Origin: Eledone cirrhosa
Lineage: Eukaryota
Length of the DNA: 64,000 nt
NCBI GenBank assembly: GCA_964016885.1
Contig: OZ024740.1
Location: 416,268,001-416,332,000 of the forward strand
Direction of reading: 5' to 3'
A program made the translations under genes and the position numbers. Shown one piece after another: positions 12,588-23,777 of this stretch; the first letter of the stretch is position 1; every line of letters starts with the position of its first letter. The notes under the pieces are model-generated. The model saw only the letters and a program-made list of their open reading frames with translations. It was not told the origin of the DNA and searched no databases.

Positions 12588-14264
12588 AGCTGGAAGGTTA
12601 TGAATGTTTAACAAGCGATTAACAAAAAGCAAAACTGCAAGATTTGTTCTGTTCAATACGACAAAAACAACCGTATTTAAACCTTAAATAACAAAAAATA
12701 CAGATTTCGGATTTTGCGAGATTGGATGTTTGGACTATGTACGAAATTGAAGCGTGGAGTAGATAGAAAAATGTGTACGTTACGATTACATGGGTACACC
12801 GTAGTAGGAATAATTGAAGCAGCAATGGATTGGCGAAAAGTGAATAAACATAAAGGGGAATTTATCTTATATATATATATATATGTGTAGCTAAGAGAGA
12901 GAGAGAGGGGAAGGGGAAGAGAGAGAGAGGGGGAGAGAGAGAGAGTGGCTAACCGCTGCCCCTCGTGTGAAGTAGATGGAGGGTGAAGGGTGTAGAAGCG
13001 GGATTTTTGACTTTCGAAGTAGCATAATATATATATTTAAAGGAATTTATAAGAAGTAGAATGGGAAGGATTTTGTTTTTTGTTTGAGAATACGATAGAA
13101 TTAAGACTGGGAAGGATTTTGTTTTTTGTTTGAGAATACGATAGAATTAAGGAATTGGAGAATACGATAGAATTAAGGAATTGAGGAGCTGGAAGGTTAT
13201 GAATGTTTAACAAGCGATTAACAAAAAGCAAAACTGCAAGATTTGTTCTGTTCAATACGACAAAAACAACCGTATTTAAACCTTAAATAACAAAAAATAC
13301 AGATTTCGGATTTTGCGAGATTGGATGTTTGGACTATGTACGAAATTGAAGCGTGGAGTAGATAGAAAAATGTGTACGTTACGATTACATGGGTACACCG
13401 TAGTAGGAATAATTGAAGCAGCAATGGATTGGCGAAAAGTGAATAAACATAAAGGGGAATTTATCTTATATATATATATATATGTGTAGCTAAGAGAGAG
13501 AGAGAGGGGAAGGGGAAGAGAGAGAGAGGGGAAGGGGGAGAGAGAGAGTGGCTGACCGCTGCCCCTCGTGTGAAGTAGATGGAGGGTGAAGGGTGTAGAA
13601 GCGGGATTTTTGACTTTCGAAGTAGCATAATATATATATTTAAAGGAATTTATAAGAAGTAGAATGGGAAGGATTTTGTTTTTTGTTTGAGAATACGATA
13701 GAATTAAGGAATTGGAGGATACAATAGAATTAAGACTGGGAAGGATTTTGTTTTTTGTTTGAGAATACGATAAAATTAAGGAATTGGAGAATACGATAGA
13801 ATTAAGGAATTGAGGAGCTGGAAGGTTATGAATGTTTAACAAGCGATTAACAAAAAGCAAAACTGCAAGATTTGTTCTGTTCAATACGACAAAAACAACC
13901 GTATTTAAACCTTAAATAACAAAAAATACAGATTTCGGATTTTGCGAGATTGGATGTTTGGACTATGTACGAAATTGAAGCGTGGAGTAGATAGAAAAAT
14001 GTGTACGTTACGATTACATGGGTACACCGTAGTAGGAATAATTGAAGCAGCAATGGATTGGCGAAAAGTGAATAAACATAAAGGGGAATTTATCTTATAT
14101 ATATATATATATATGTGTAGCTGAGAGAGAGAGAGAGGGGAAGGGGAAGAGAGAGAGGGGGAAGGGGGAGAGAGAGAGTGGCTGACCGCTGCCCCTCGTG
14201 TGAAGTAGATGGAGGGTGAAGGGTGTAGAAGCGGGATTTTTGACTTTCGAAGTAGCATAATATA
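12588..14264 (-). repeat. Three tandem 599-629-bp monomers at the 5' end of RTE copy 1
   Basis: AGCTGGAAGGTTATGAATG at 12588, 13187 and 13816. Each unit contains (TA)n and (GA)n; the first two also carry GAATACGATAGAATTAAG sub-repeats. The third unit is incomplete. Confidence 0.92.
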
Positions 14265-15799
14265 TTGGGTGCATTCTATCATGGTGCTAGCACTAGTGTA
14301 TAATTTGCCTTGGAGGTTGTGAGACTGAGTGGTGTACTCATAACTTGATGTTACCTCTACATGTGACCAGAACTGGGTGGGAGGTGGATAGAAGAGAGTA
14401 TGACAGATGAGAAGAGGAGTAGGCAAAGACTGTTGGAGAGATTAATAGGGCAAAGAGAGTGAGCATTTGATGAAAGAGATAATAGTATTTGTTCAACCTT
14501 TAAATTAAGGGATTTAGGAGTTCTAAGAACTAAAGATTTTGCAGCAAAACCAACAGACAGGAGACCCAGGGGAATATGAATGTAGTGAAGTTGATGGTGA
14601 GTTGTGTAGTGATATATGGAAGGAGTTGGTTGTTCATTTGAGTGTGGCAGAGGTTATAGTAGTAAAGTTGTTGGCTTGCTGGCTGATTAAGAAGGTAAAA
14701 TTTGTCCCATATATAAGTGCTGTGTGAGATGCCAATGAATGAACAAATTAAACATAATCACTACTAAAATATATTTAAGTTAATAGTCTGCTACGAGGTA
14801 TCATGGACAATGTAATGGAAACAAGGATTAAGTTGTTGTGATATATGTGTGTGTACAATGATTAAAAAGGTGGTATTTACTGTTTTTGTAATGAGATGAT
14901 AATCATTTGTCTGGCAGTGAGAGAGACTCATAGGGGTCTGTGTGGTATAGTAGTTACATTTTGATTGGTTAAAATCATTTCTGCGACTCTTTGTGATGTC
15001 ATTCTCTTCTGAGACATGAGAGTGGAATGGCTTTAAAAAAATCTTATCTCCTTTAACCCAAGTTGGCCAGTTTCTCCAGACTTCTGGCACCAACCTAAGA
15101 TAAAGAAAAGCAGCTCTGCCTATTGTTTTGAGGTCAGTGTGTGTGGAGAGATTTCACTACATTATCACCAACCACTTTACAGTGTACTGAGTGTGTTTGT
15201 GTAGATCACCAACACTAGAAAGGTTGTTGTGACTTGACACAACTAAAGGTATGTTATTGTAAATAACTTTACTAAGTTTTTACAATATTTTGTTTGATAT
15301 CAGCTATAAGGTAGAACAGTTGGGCTATTTATAGTCTCTTTATTTTTTAAGGATAGTATGTAGGTCAAGTAATTTGATGAACAAAGGACAAGCAAGTTTC
15401 TATACAGTGGTTTATAAAAAGTCCTGTTTTAATCTAATGGTTGTACTCATTTGTAATATAAGGAGTCTTGTGAACTGGTCAGACCGGCTGTTTAATAGAA
15501 AGATGAAAAAAAAAAAAGATTGTGAGAGTTCACTCAAGTGAAAAACAGTAAGATATAGTTGGGTTGTTATTGATTTTTATGGAATGAAAATAAAATGAAT
15601 TGACTTTTGGTATATATTCAAATAACTTTTCTATCTTTTCACAAAAGACTGGATTTTCTTCTAAATACATTTATTGCAATACTGGTGAGGGCATGTGTCC
15701 CTAATCTGATAATCTTCTATGATTATAAATGAAGATCATTGGCAATTGATCAGACGGAGGATTTTGTTTTTATTTTGATTGGGAGCAAAATAAGAAAAT

Positions 15800-16045
15800 G
15801 GTTGACCAAGATATTCTCATGGAATGACTGAAATTAATGCATGCAATATTTCACAGCTCTAGCATCACACCTTTATAGGCTGACCAAGATACTCTCATGG
15901 AATGACCGAATGAGGTTTATTTTTCAACATAGTCCCTTGAAAGAAATAATGCTGTTATTAATGAGAAGAGTTGAATCAATGCATGTAAGATTTCACAGCT
16001 TTAGCATCAATCCTTCATAGCCTTTGAACTTTTCCATCAACATGA
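15800..16045. mobile_element. Non-autonomous mariner-like element fragment
   Basis: GACCAAGATACTCTCATGGAATGAC and TTTCACAGCTCTAGCATC blocks shared with 42140-42557; the latter block also occurs at ~430-510. Confidence 0.6.
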
Positions 16046-16494
16046 TTTGAATGTTAAAGAATCAAACCAATAAAGATTTATATTTTGGAGAGTAACATCT
16101 AATATGATACAATAGAGGTTGGGAAGTGCTGGGTGATGTAAAGAGGAGGCAGGTGTAGTATAGTGTTGGTCTTGGTTGTACTTAATAGCTTGAAATAGGG
16201 TATGATAAAGAGCCCATTTCTAGTAAATATTGCTCTTGTTGTTGTTGTTCTCCTTCTCCTCCTTCTTCTCCTCCTCCTTGTTGATGTTGATGTCGATGTT
16301 GTTGAGAAGAAGAAATGTTTAAATTGGGCCTGGTGTTGGCCCATGAAAAATAGGTTTTCTTCTTTACCTATTTATTCCTGAGAGGGTCGTGGGGGCAGAG
16401 TCCTCAAACACTCCTTCCGTGTTCTGTCAGAAACAACCATCTCAAACTGATCCAGCTGGATCCCCAAGCAAGACCAGCTGAGCTCATGGATGTC

Positions 16495-17665
16495 ATCATC
16501 ATCATCCCCACTGTTTAACATCCATTTTTTTCCACGCTATTTTTCTACATTAGGCGAGTTGCCCCCTTTGTAAGATAAGTTGGATCAGATGACTGAGTCT
16601 TGTTCATATACAGAACTTTCTGGCTTAGTTTCTACAGCTGGATGCCCTTCCTAACACCAACCATATTTACAGTGTACTTTTTATTGTGGCACCAAAACAA
16701 CCAACTGACAGGTTGGACAGGGTGCTTTCTACCATGGCACCAAAATGACCACTTTACAGTGTGGACTGGGTATTTTTTTATTGTCACCAAAATGACCACT
16801 TTACAGTGTGGACTAGGTACTTTTTTATTGTCACCAAAATGACCACTTTACAGTGTGGACTGGGTACTTTTTATTGTCACCAAAATGACCACTTTACAGT
16901 GTGGACTGGGTACTTTTTATAGTCACCAAAATGACCACTTTACAGTGTGGACTGGGTACTTTTTATTGTCACCAAAATGACCACTTTACAGTGTGGACTG
17001 GGTACTTTTTATAGTCACCAAAATGACCACTTTACAGTGTGGACTGGGTACTTTTTATTGTCACCAAAATGACCACTTTACAGTGTGGACTGGGTACTTT
17101 TTATAGTCACCAAAATGACCACTTTACAGTGTGGACTGGGTACTTTTTATTGTCACTAAAATGACCACTTTACAGTGTGGACTGGGTACTTTTTATAGTC
17201 ACCAAAATGACCACTTTACAGTGTGGACTGGGTACTTTTTATTGTCACCAAAATGACCACTTTACAGTGTGGACTGGGTACTTTTTATAGTCACCAAAAT
17301 GACCACTTTACAGTGTGGACTGGGTACTTTTTATTGTCACCAAAATGACCACTTTACAGTGTGGACTGGGTACTTTTTTATTGTCACCAAAATGACCACT
17401 TTACAGTGTGGACTGGGTACTTTTTTATTGTCACCAAAATGACCACTTTACAGTGTGGACTGGGTACTTTTTTATTGTCACAAAAATGACCACTTTACAG
17501 TGTGGACTGGGTACTTTTTTATTGTCACCAAAATGACCACTTTACAGTGTGGACTGGGTACTTTTTTATTGTCACCAAAATGACCACTTTACAGTGTGGA
17601 CTGGGTACTTTTTTATTGTCACCAAAATGACCACTTTACAGTGTGGACTGAGCATTTTTTTGTCA
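16495..17665 (-). repeat. RTE-tail element whose internal unit expanded into a ~20-copy 46-47-bp minisatellite (16741-17650)
   Basis: (CAT)n start and CTACAGCTGGATGCCCTTCCTAACACCAACC, then the unit CAAAATGACCACTTTACAGTGTGGACTGGGTAC(T5-6)AT(T/A)GTCAC. Confidence 0.92.
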
Positions 17666-18010
17666 TGTAGTCACTAAAATGATATAACAAGCAATGTGAT
17701 GAACACCATCATATCCATCACCTTCATCATACTTCCCTAATAACATCTGTGTTGGTGAGAAGTGTCATTGAAATGTTAACATGTTCTGACCTACTCCTCA
17801 CACAGCTGCTTCAGATTAACTTTTTAATAGTTCTTTTAGGTATCTTTATTGCCTTCTTTCACTTCTTTCACTTCAAATTGTTTTTAATCAACAACTTAAG
17901 TCTTGCTGATACATTTCAAAGATAACATATTTGTGTTTGTGTATTTAACTGAAACAAGTTTCTTTTATATTTTACTGTAACATTTTATTGAACTGTAAAA
18001 AAACAGTTTA

Positions 18011-18266
18011 AAAAATATATAATGTGTGAGGTGATATATGCAAGAAGGCTAAACAATGCAAAATAGACGCTAAGATGATGGCAAAGAAAAAGTTACCTGG
18101 TAATGTTTGTTTTTGTTGTTGTTTTCTTTTGTCCTAAGAAATAAAAAAACAAAAACAAAACAACAAATATTACCAGGTAACTAACTTTTCTGTTGCCTTC
18201 ATCTTAACGTCTATTTTGTATTGTTTTAGCCTTCTTACATATATTACTTTCCACATTATATATTTT
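18011..18266. repeat. Long imperfect inverted repeat (foldback, ~125-bp arms)
   Basis: AAAATATATAATGTG...AGAAGGCTAAACAATGCAAAATAGACGCTAAGATGA...GTTACCTGGTAAT pairs with ATTACCAGGTAAC...TCATCTTAACGTCTATTTTGTATTGTTTTAGCCTTCT...CACATTATATATTTT. Confidence 0.85.
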
Positions 18267-18659
18267 ATACAATGTTTAAAGCAAACTACAACATTTTATT
18301 AACTTTAAAAATGCTCACTGCAAGTTTCTACTGGACTTCTGATCTGATGACCTTAGTTTCAAACAATGTTAAAATATTTCTGTTGTGTCATTAGGTAAGG
18401 CAATTACTGTCTGATTGACAACAGGTTTCATTTTTCATAGCTAAGTCATCATCATCATCATCATAGTTTTTACAGTCACTTTTCCATACTAGAAGGGTTT
18501 GAATGAGACTTTTTGAGGAAGTTTTTTATGGTCTCTCTTTGTCTATGAACTCCTACTTTGTTTCTAAGTGTAGTCTATACTGGTGACTTTGGCCAACCTA
18601 CTAAACTACAGGACATATGTAGGACAGCTTGCTTTAAAAAGTGTTATTAAAATGCAGAG

Positions 18660-18818
18660 ACAGGCTTCCTCACAGTTTTCATTTAGCAAATTTACTCACA
18701 AGGCATTGCTCAGTCTGAGGTTATAATAGAAGACACAGACTAAAGGTGCCACACTGTGGAATTGAACCCAAAACCACATAGCTGCAAGGCCAAATCTTTA
18801 ACCATACAGCCATGCCTG
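18660..18818 (-). mobile_element. tRNA-derived SINE fragment
   Basis: Minus strand CAGGCATGGCTGTATGGTTAAAG (A-box-like) and GGGTTCAATTCC (B box). Confidence 0.65.
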
Positions 18819-19299
18819 TACCTGTAGTATAGGCTAAGTGATAATATTAAAAAGCGTTACATTATTGTTATTATTTAGCCCCAGGTCAGCTCTGATTGAA
18901 CAGACATATGATTACCATGTTTCAACCAGAGCCATCCCATCTTTTATTAAAACAGTCTATTTTAAACTGTTTTATCCAATGTATCCTACATTTTTATGTA
19001 ATATAGGATATGATTTAAGTGATATTTGGTTGTTATTTACAGGTTGAATAATAGCATAGAAGCTCCTTTCTTAACTGCAAAATATGTACACAATATTTAG
19101 TGAAACTGTAAAATATTCAATAGCTTGAAAAAAAGGTGCTCCACCATGGCCATGGCCTAATAACTGAAACAAGTAAAAGAATAGAAAAATGTTAAGATAA
19201 ATTAGCAGCTAATATTTTAATGTTAACTCTGAAAATGTTTTTGGCATATTTCTATTCATTCTATCATTATGATATTGGCACAATTCTTCTGGGTGGTTG

Positions 19300-21500
19300 G
19301 TAACAGCACTGCAGTGGATGGTGTAGACATACTGTTGGCAAATAAATGGATAGATTGCATAATTGAGGTAGTTGAAGCATGTGACAGAATAATTAAGTTT
19401 AAACGGTCATAGACAACATGTTAGCAACAGCAATCTCTGAATATAGTTTCCAATAGAACAGCATTTTCAATGTTAGAAGCGTATTCTGAATGGAATGCTA
19501 ACTACTTTATCAAACTTGCTTGAGGCACAGTCCTCATAGCCAAGTTCTTTTCAGAGGATTTAGATATTAATTGATTTTGAGTTGAAGCTATTCTGCCAAT
19601 TCAGCTTGCATTTCAATATATGCACCTTAGTAAGGACCTACAGCTGAGCAAATGAGTCATTTCTGTGAGGTCCACTTTGTAAACTACCTCAATAGCAAAT
19701 GACGGTGACTTTATCACAGCTGCCGACTATAATAGACATGTTAGCCAACATCATGATGTCTATTTTGATGTAGGAAGTCATTGATATAGTACAGGAATGA
19801 AAAAGGATCAAAGATCTTTCTGTTTTGTGATGCAAATAGCCTAACCATTTGCAACACTAATGTCAGGAAAGTAACCAGCTACATGACCACCTACCATAGA
19901 GGGGAACAGACAACTTGCTGTGAGCCAGAAGCCAGATCTGTGGTTGAAGCAGATTTCCAGGTAGACAGAAAGTGACATGGCAGTGGAATTGTACAGTAGA
20001 TAGTCATACAGTCTAAGGGGTATTCCTTGAAAGAATGAAAGAAAGAGAGGAGCAAAGAACTATATTAGTTAACTAAAGATAGATATAAGTGGTACATGTA
20101 TGAAGGAAAGAAGCTAAGAATAAAATGGTTTGTCAATGTTCTGCATTGTTCTAGATTACATAAGTGTTAATATGAAGTCATTGTTAGTGAAATGTGGGAT
20201 TATGTAACTGCACCCCAGTTTGAGAGAAGTGATTCAGTGAAATTTTATCATATTTGCAGGAATCAGTGGAGCAATACAATTAGCTCTTTCTTCCTCTGGT
20301 GGGAGTTATATCTGTTTTATGGCAGTAATTAAAACGATTACTGAGGCATCAAATTAATGAAACAAACTCTGGATGTTAAAGAGCAACTAATTAGGAAAAG
20401 AATCAGATTAAATGACATATATTCCTATTTCACGGAGACAAGAAAGCAGCAATGACTTTTTAGTGAGTCAACTGCAAGAGAAGTTATTATTGAATAGCAA
20501 GATAACCACACTGGTTATGTTCCCTGCCATGATGAATTTTCATGGAAACTGCTTCTGTGGTTGCCAGATGTAAGGCACTGAATAGGGTATCCAAACATAA
20601 CCATCAGGACTTGGTTGATGAGGGACACTGGCCCCACTGGGTGGGATCTTCTTGCTGTGATGAGAGATCAAAAGTTCTGGGACAGGAACTTTGTGCATGC
20701 TTCACCGTTGATGGAAGGATGTCTTTATAAGAAGAGGAGTATTCTGTAGTCTGGTGGTCCCTAATCAATCTGGGTTATGACTTTGCCTTCAACTTAGTTC
20801 CTTCAGCCACAAACCCCGATACTGTGGCCTGCAATGCAGAGGACAGGAAGACAAGCAAATAGTGGCGCTTGTCCAGCTGCTTCCTTTTTGCACCGGTCAC
20901 CATCGAGAAAAGAAAGATTAATTGTTTCTACTTTAGGCACAAGGCCAGCAATTACCAGTGCATTACTGGTACTTTATTTTATCGACCCCGTAAGGATGAA
21001 AGGCAAAGTCAACCTCGGCGGGATTTGAACTCAGATGGTAAAGGGACGTAACTATGCGAGAAAAGAAAGATTAATGGCTTGTAAAAGCTATGCAAACCAT
21101 GACAGTAGAGTGTAGAATCAAAAGGTTTAAAAGTAAATCTTGTGAAGACCAAAGTCTTAGCAAAAAAGAATACAGTCTTACGACCTACTAGGACGTGATT
21201 TTGCTAGGTATGTAGAAAAGGTGTAGGTAGGAATTTTATATTCCCTACCTGATGTAGTGGTAAGAAACTCTCAGAAGGTCTTCAGAGAAGAAACTCTCAG
21301 GAGAGCTGGACAGCAGGTCTTCAGAGAAGAAACCCCACTCAAGCGAGTGTTTCGGCCCTTAACTTCTAGGCCGAAACAAGGAAGTAATTTTGTTAGGTAT
21401 GTAGAAAAAGTGCAGGTAGGAATTTTATATTCAGTACCTGGTGTGAATTAAAGGTGCACAAGAGATGCAATAGGATCACAATTAGACTGACAAAGAAGGA
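19300..21500 (+). pseudogene. Old, fragmented RTE LINE of the same PHD-containing lineage, interrupted by other sequence
   Basis: Collinear peptide remnants DGVDILLANKWIDCIIEVVEACDRIIK, ADYNRHVSQH, CDANSLTICNTN, QLIRKRIRL, ESKGLKVNLVKTKVL, VCRKGVGRN and VHKRC match copy 1 in order. Confidence 0.75.
20920..21055 (-). mobile_element. SINE family B fragment
   Basis: GTTTCTACTTTAGGCACAAGGCC...GGATGAAAGGCAAAGTCAACCTCGGCGGGATTTGAACTC. Confidence 0.75.
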
Positions 21501-22089
21501 TTCCAAGTGGAAATAATTTGTGAACAATGGAGACTGAAGAAGAAATGGGGAAATCTGATCTCAGAAGGTGGAGATGATAAAAGGCTGCAACAAATACCAA
21601 GATGTTGTGTTGGAGAATACTCATCTAACCCATGCAAACATAGAAAAGCAGACATAAAAAGATGATCGTTTAACACTATCAACCCAATTTTGTATACTTA
21701 TAAAACATTTGTTCAATAGATAAACCTGCAGTGAGTTGTAACTCTCCATTGCACCTATTTAACAATAGCTACACTGAGCCACAAAAGTTAGCTGTAATAA
21801 GACAAACATTCAATGTACCATATATATTTGTATATAAGTTTCAATGGTAGACAAACTACACCTCCGTTTTACATACATTTACAATGAACCATACATTTTA
21901 AATAGAAGTTTTGTAAGACTGGTTGCCTGCTGGTTTTTCATGTTGAAACAAGTGTACGGTTAAAAGTGAAAAAATGTTGAGGCTTGTGAAACAAAATCGA
22001 CCAAATGCTAATCCACAATTTAATCAATATTTTAGTTGTTTTAGAAATGTTAGGGCCAAATTGGTGTTATTGCTTTTGATCAAATACAT

Positions 22090-22305
22090 GGAAGCGTGTG
22101 GCCTAGTGGTAAGGGTGTTGGACTTATGATCATAATGTTGTGGGTTCAATTCCTGGCTTGTGTTGTGTTCTTGAGCAAAATGCTTCATTTCACATTCCTC
22201 CAATATACTTAGCTGAAAATGAGTACCAGCAATAGCTGGGGGTTTAAGCCTGCGATGGACTGGCCTGTCAGGTCTCCTGGCTTGAGGCAGACTTTAAACT
22301 TAGAC
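22090..22305 (+). mobile_element. tRNA-derived SINE (family C), internally deleted
   Basis: TGGCCTAGTGG A box, GGTTCAATTCC B box, CTTGAGCAA core and CCTGCGATGGACTGGC block; homologous to 56484-56790. Confidence 0.8.
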
Positions 22306-23777
22306 ATTCCACTGTGACTATCACGTCTTTTCAGGCATAATTAATCTCTTACTATAATATTGAACATGTCTTTCCTTTTATTACAAATTTAAGAGGCATC
22401 TTTTGAGGGAGGTTTGGCTGTTGTTTCTAGCAGATTGATTGACCATATAGGTGTTTCTTGGTGTGGGATTATTGATTCAGTAAGGATTTATATTTGCATG
22501 AACTGGTGGAGTGAGTAGCTTTATAATTGGTTGTTTCTTCTATTGATGTGACACCTGTTTTCTAGCTAATCTTATAACAGTAACTAAAGTTGTTTATACA
22601 ATAACTCAATAGTTATGGTAGGGGGTAGGGTCAGAATTCCAGAATGTACAATCTCTAGTTTATTCTACACTAATAATTCCTTATGTACTACCTTTCTTTA
22701 TTTGACACCTTAATATCAATAACCTCACCACATAACTATGTAGAATAACTCAGGAAAATAAGTCACACAACACTTCAAGACAATATGGCTCCTGGACTAC
22801 ATCCTTGTTCACTGCTTGCAGAGCAGAGTTGGCTGCCTGCAGATGTGAGCCCTGCAAAGTGGAGTGCCAATGTCTTCTCCATCCTGTCAACTGGGGCCAA
22901 CATATTAGGGCAGGAGTAGTGTGGCAGTCATTACAAACTTAAATGTTCAATCAACAATTAGAACTATGTGTGTCTCATTTAACAAAAGGTTCTTATGACA
23001 AACATGAAACATTTCAAGAGGAGTTAAAATAAATTCAATGACATTGAGAAATGTTTCACTAATAATTCTTCTAAACTAAACTTCACCCTTTTGGGATCAA
23101 CCTACCTGGGACCACCTCTATTTTTTTTTCTCTCTGCCTGAAACTGGTAGGTGGGAAAAAGTTATCCTAAAATGGGAGGTCTTCTTCACATGCTTGCAAC
23201 AAAGTGAGCCCTAAAGGCTGTCAAGGGTCAGGTGTTAAACCACCCAAATAGGGTCACAGAAGAGTTTAAACCCCAAAAGCAAAGAGCCAGAACAAATATT
23301 ATAAGGTATTTGTTTTCATCTTTTAACAATACTGTTAGTCCACTCTCCTGGTCTGGTACTTTATCAAACCTGAGGAGATGAATACAAAGTTGATTTTAGT
23401 AAGATTTGAACTCAAAGTACAATGAGCTGGAACACATACAGTAAGGTATTTCATCCCTCATTCTAACGACTTTGCTAATTAGCCTCCTATGATATAAACT
23501 GCTTGTTTTAAAATGTTCATATTTAAATTAAGGCCTCTTGTGTAATTGTATCACAATAAACTTTTACTTAGTCATGTTTGAAGCCCCAACACCACCAGAG
23601 TCCACCCCTCCTTGCCCCATTCTTCTGTAGCTTCAGAGCCCTTGACTTCCCCTTACTTTTCCATTTTTAAATATTTGTAGTGTAACACCAACTGCAAAAA
23701 TTAGTTATTTTACAAAATAGAATGCAGTTCTTGATTATTTCTCAAATTTTATAGAAACTCAGTGTATTTCATTAGAA

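Larger units (their letters stand above)
8744..14264 (-). mobile_element. RTE-clade LINE copy 1, near full length, with tandem 5' repeats
   Basis: Single APE-RT ORF, ~385-bp 3' UTR ending in (GAT)n, and a 5' region with three ~600-bp units. Closely similar to the 23778 copy. Confidence 0.92.
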
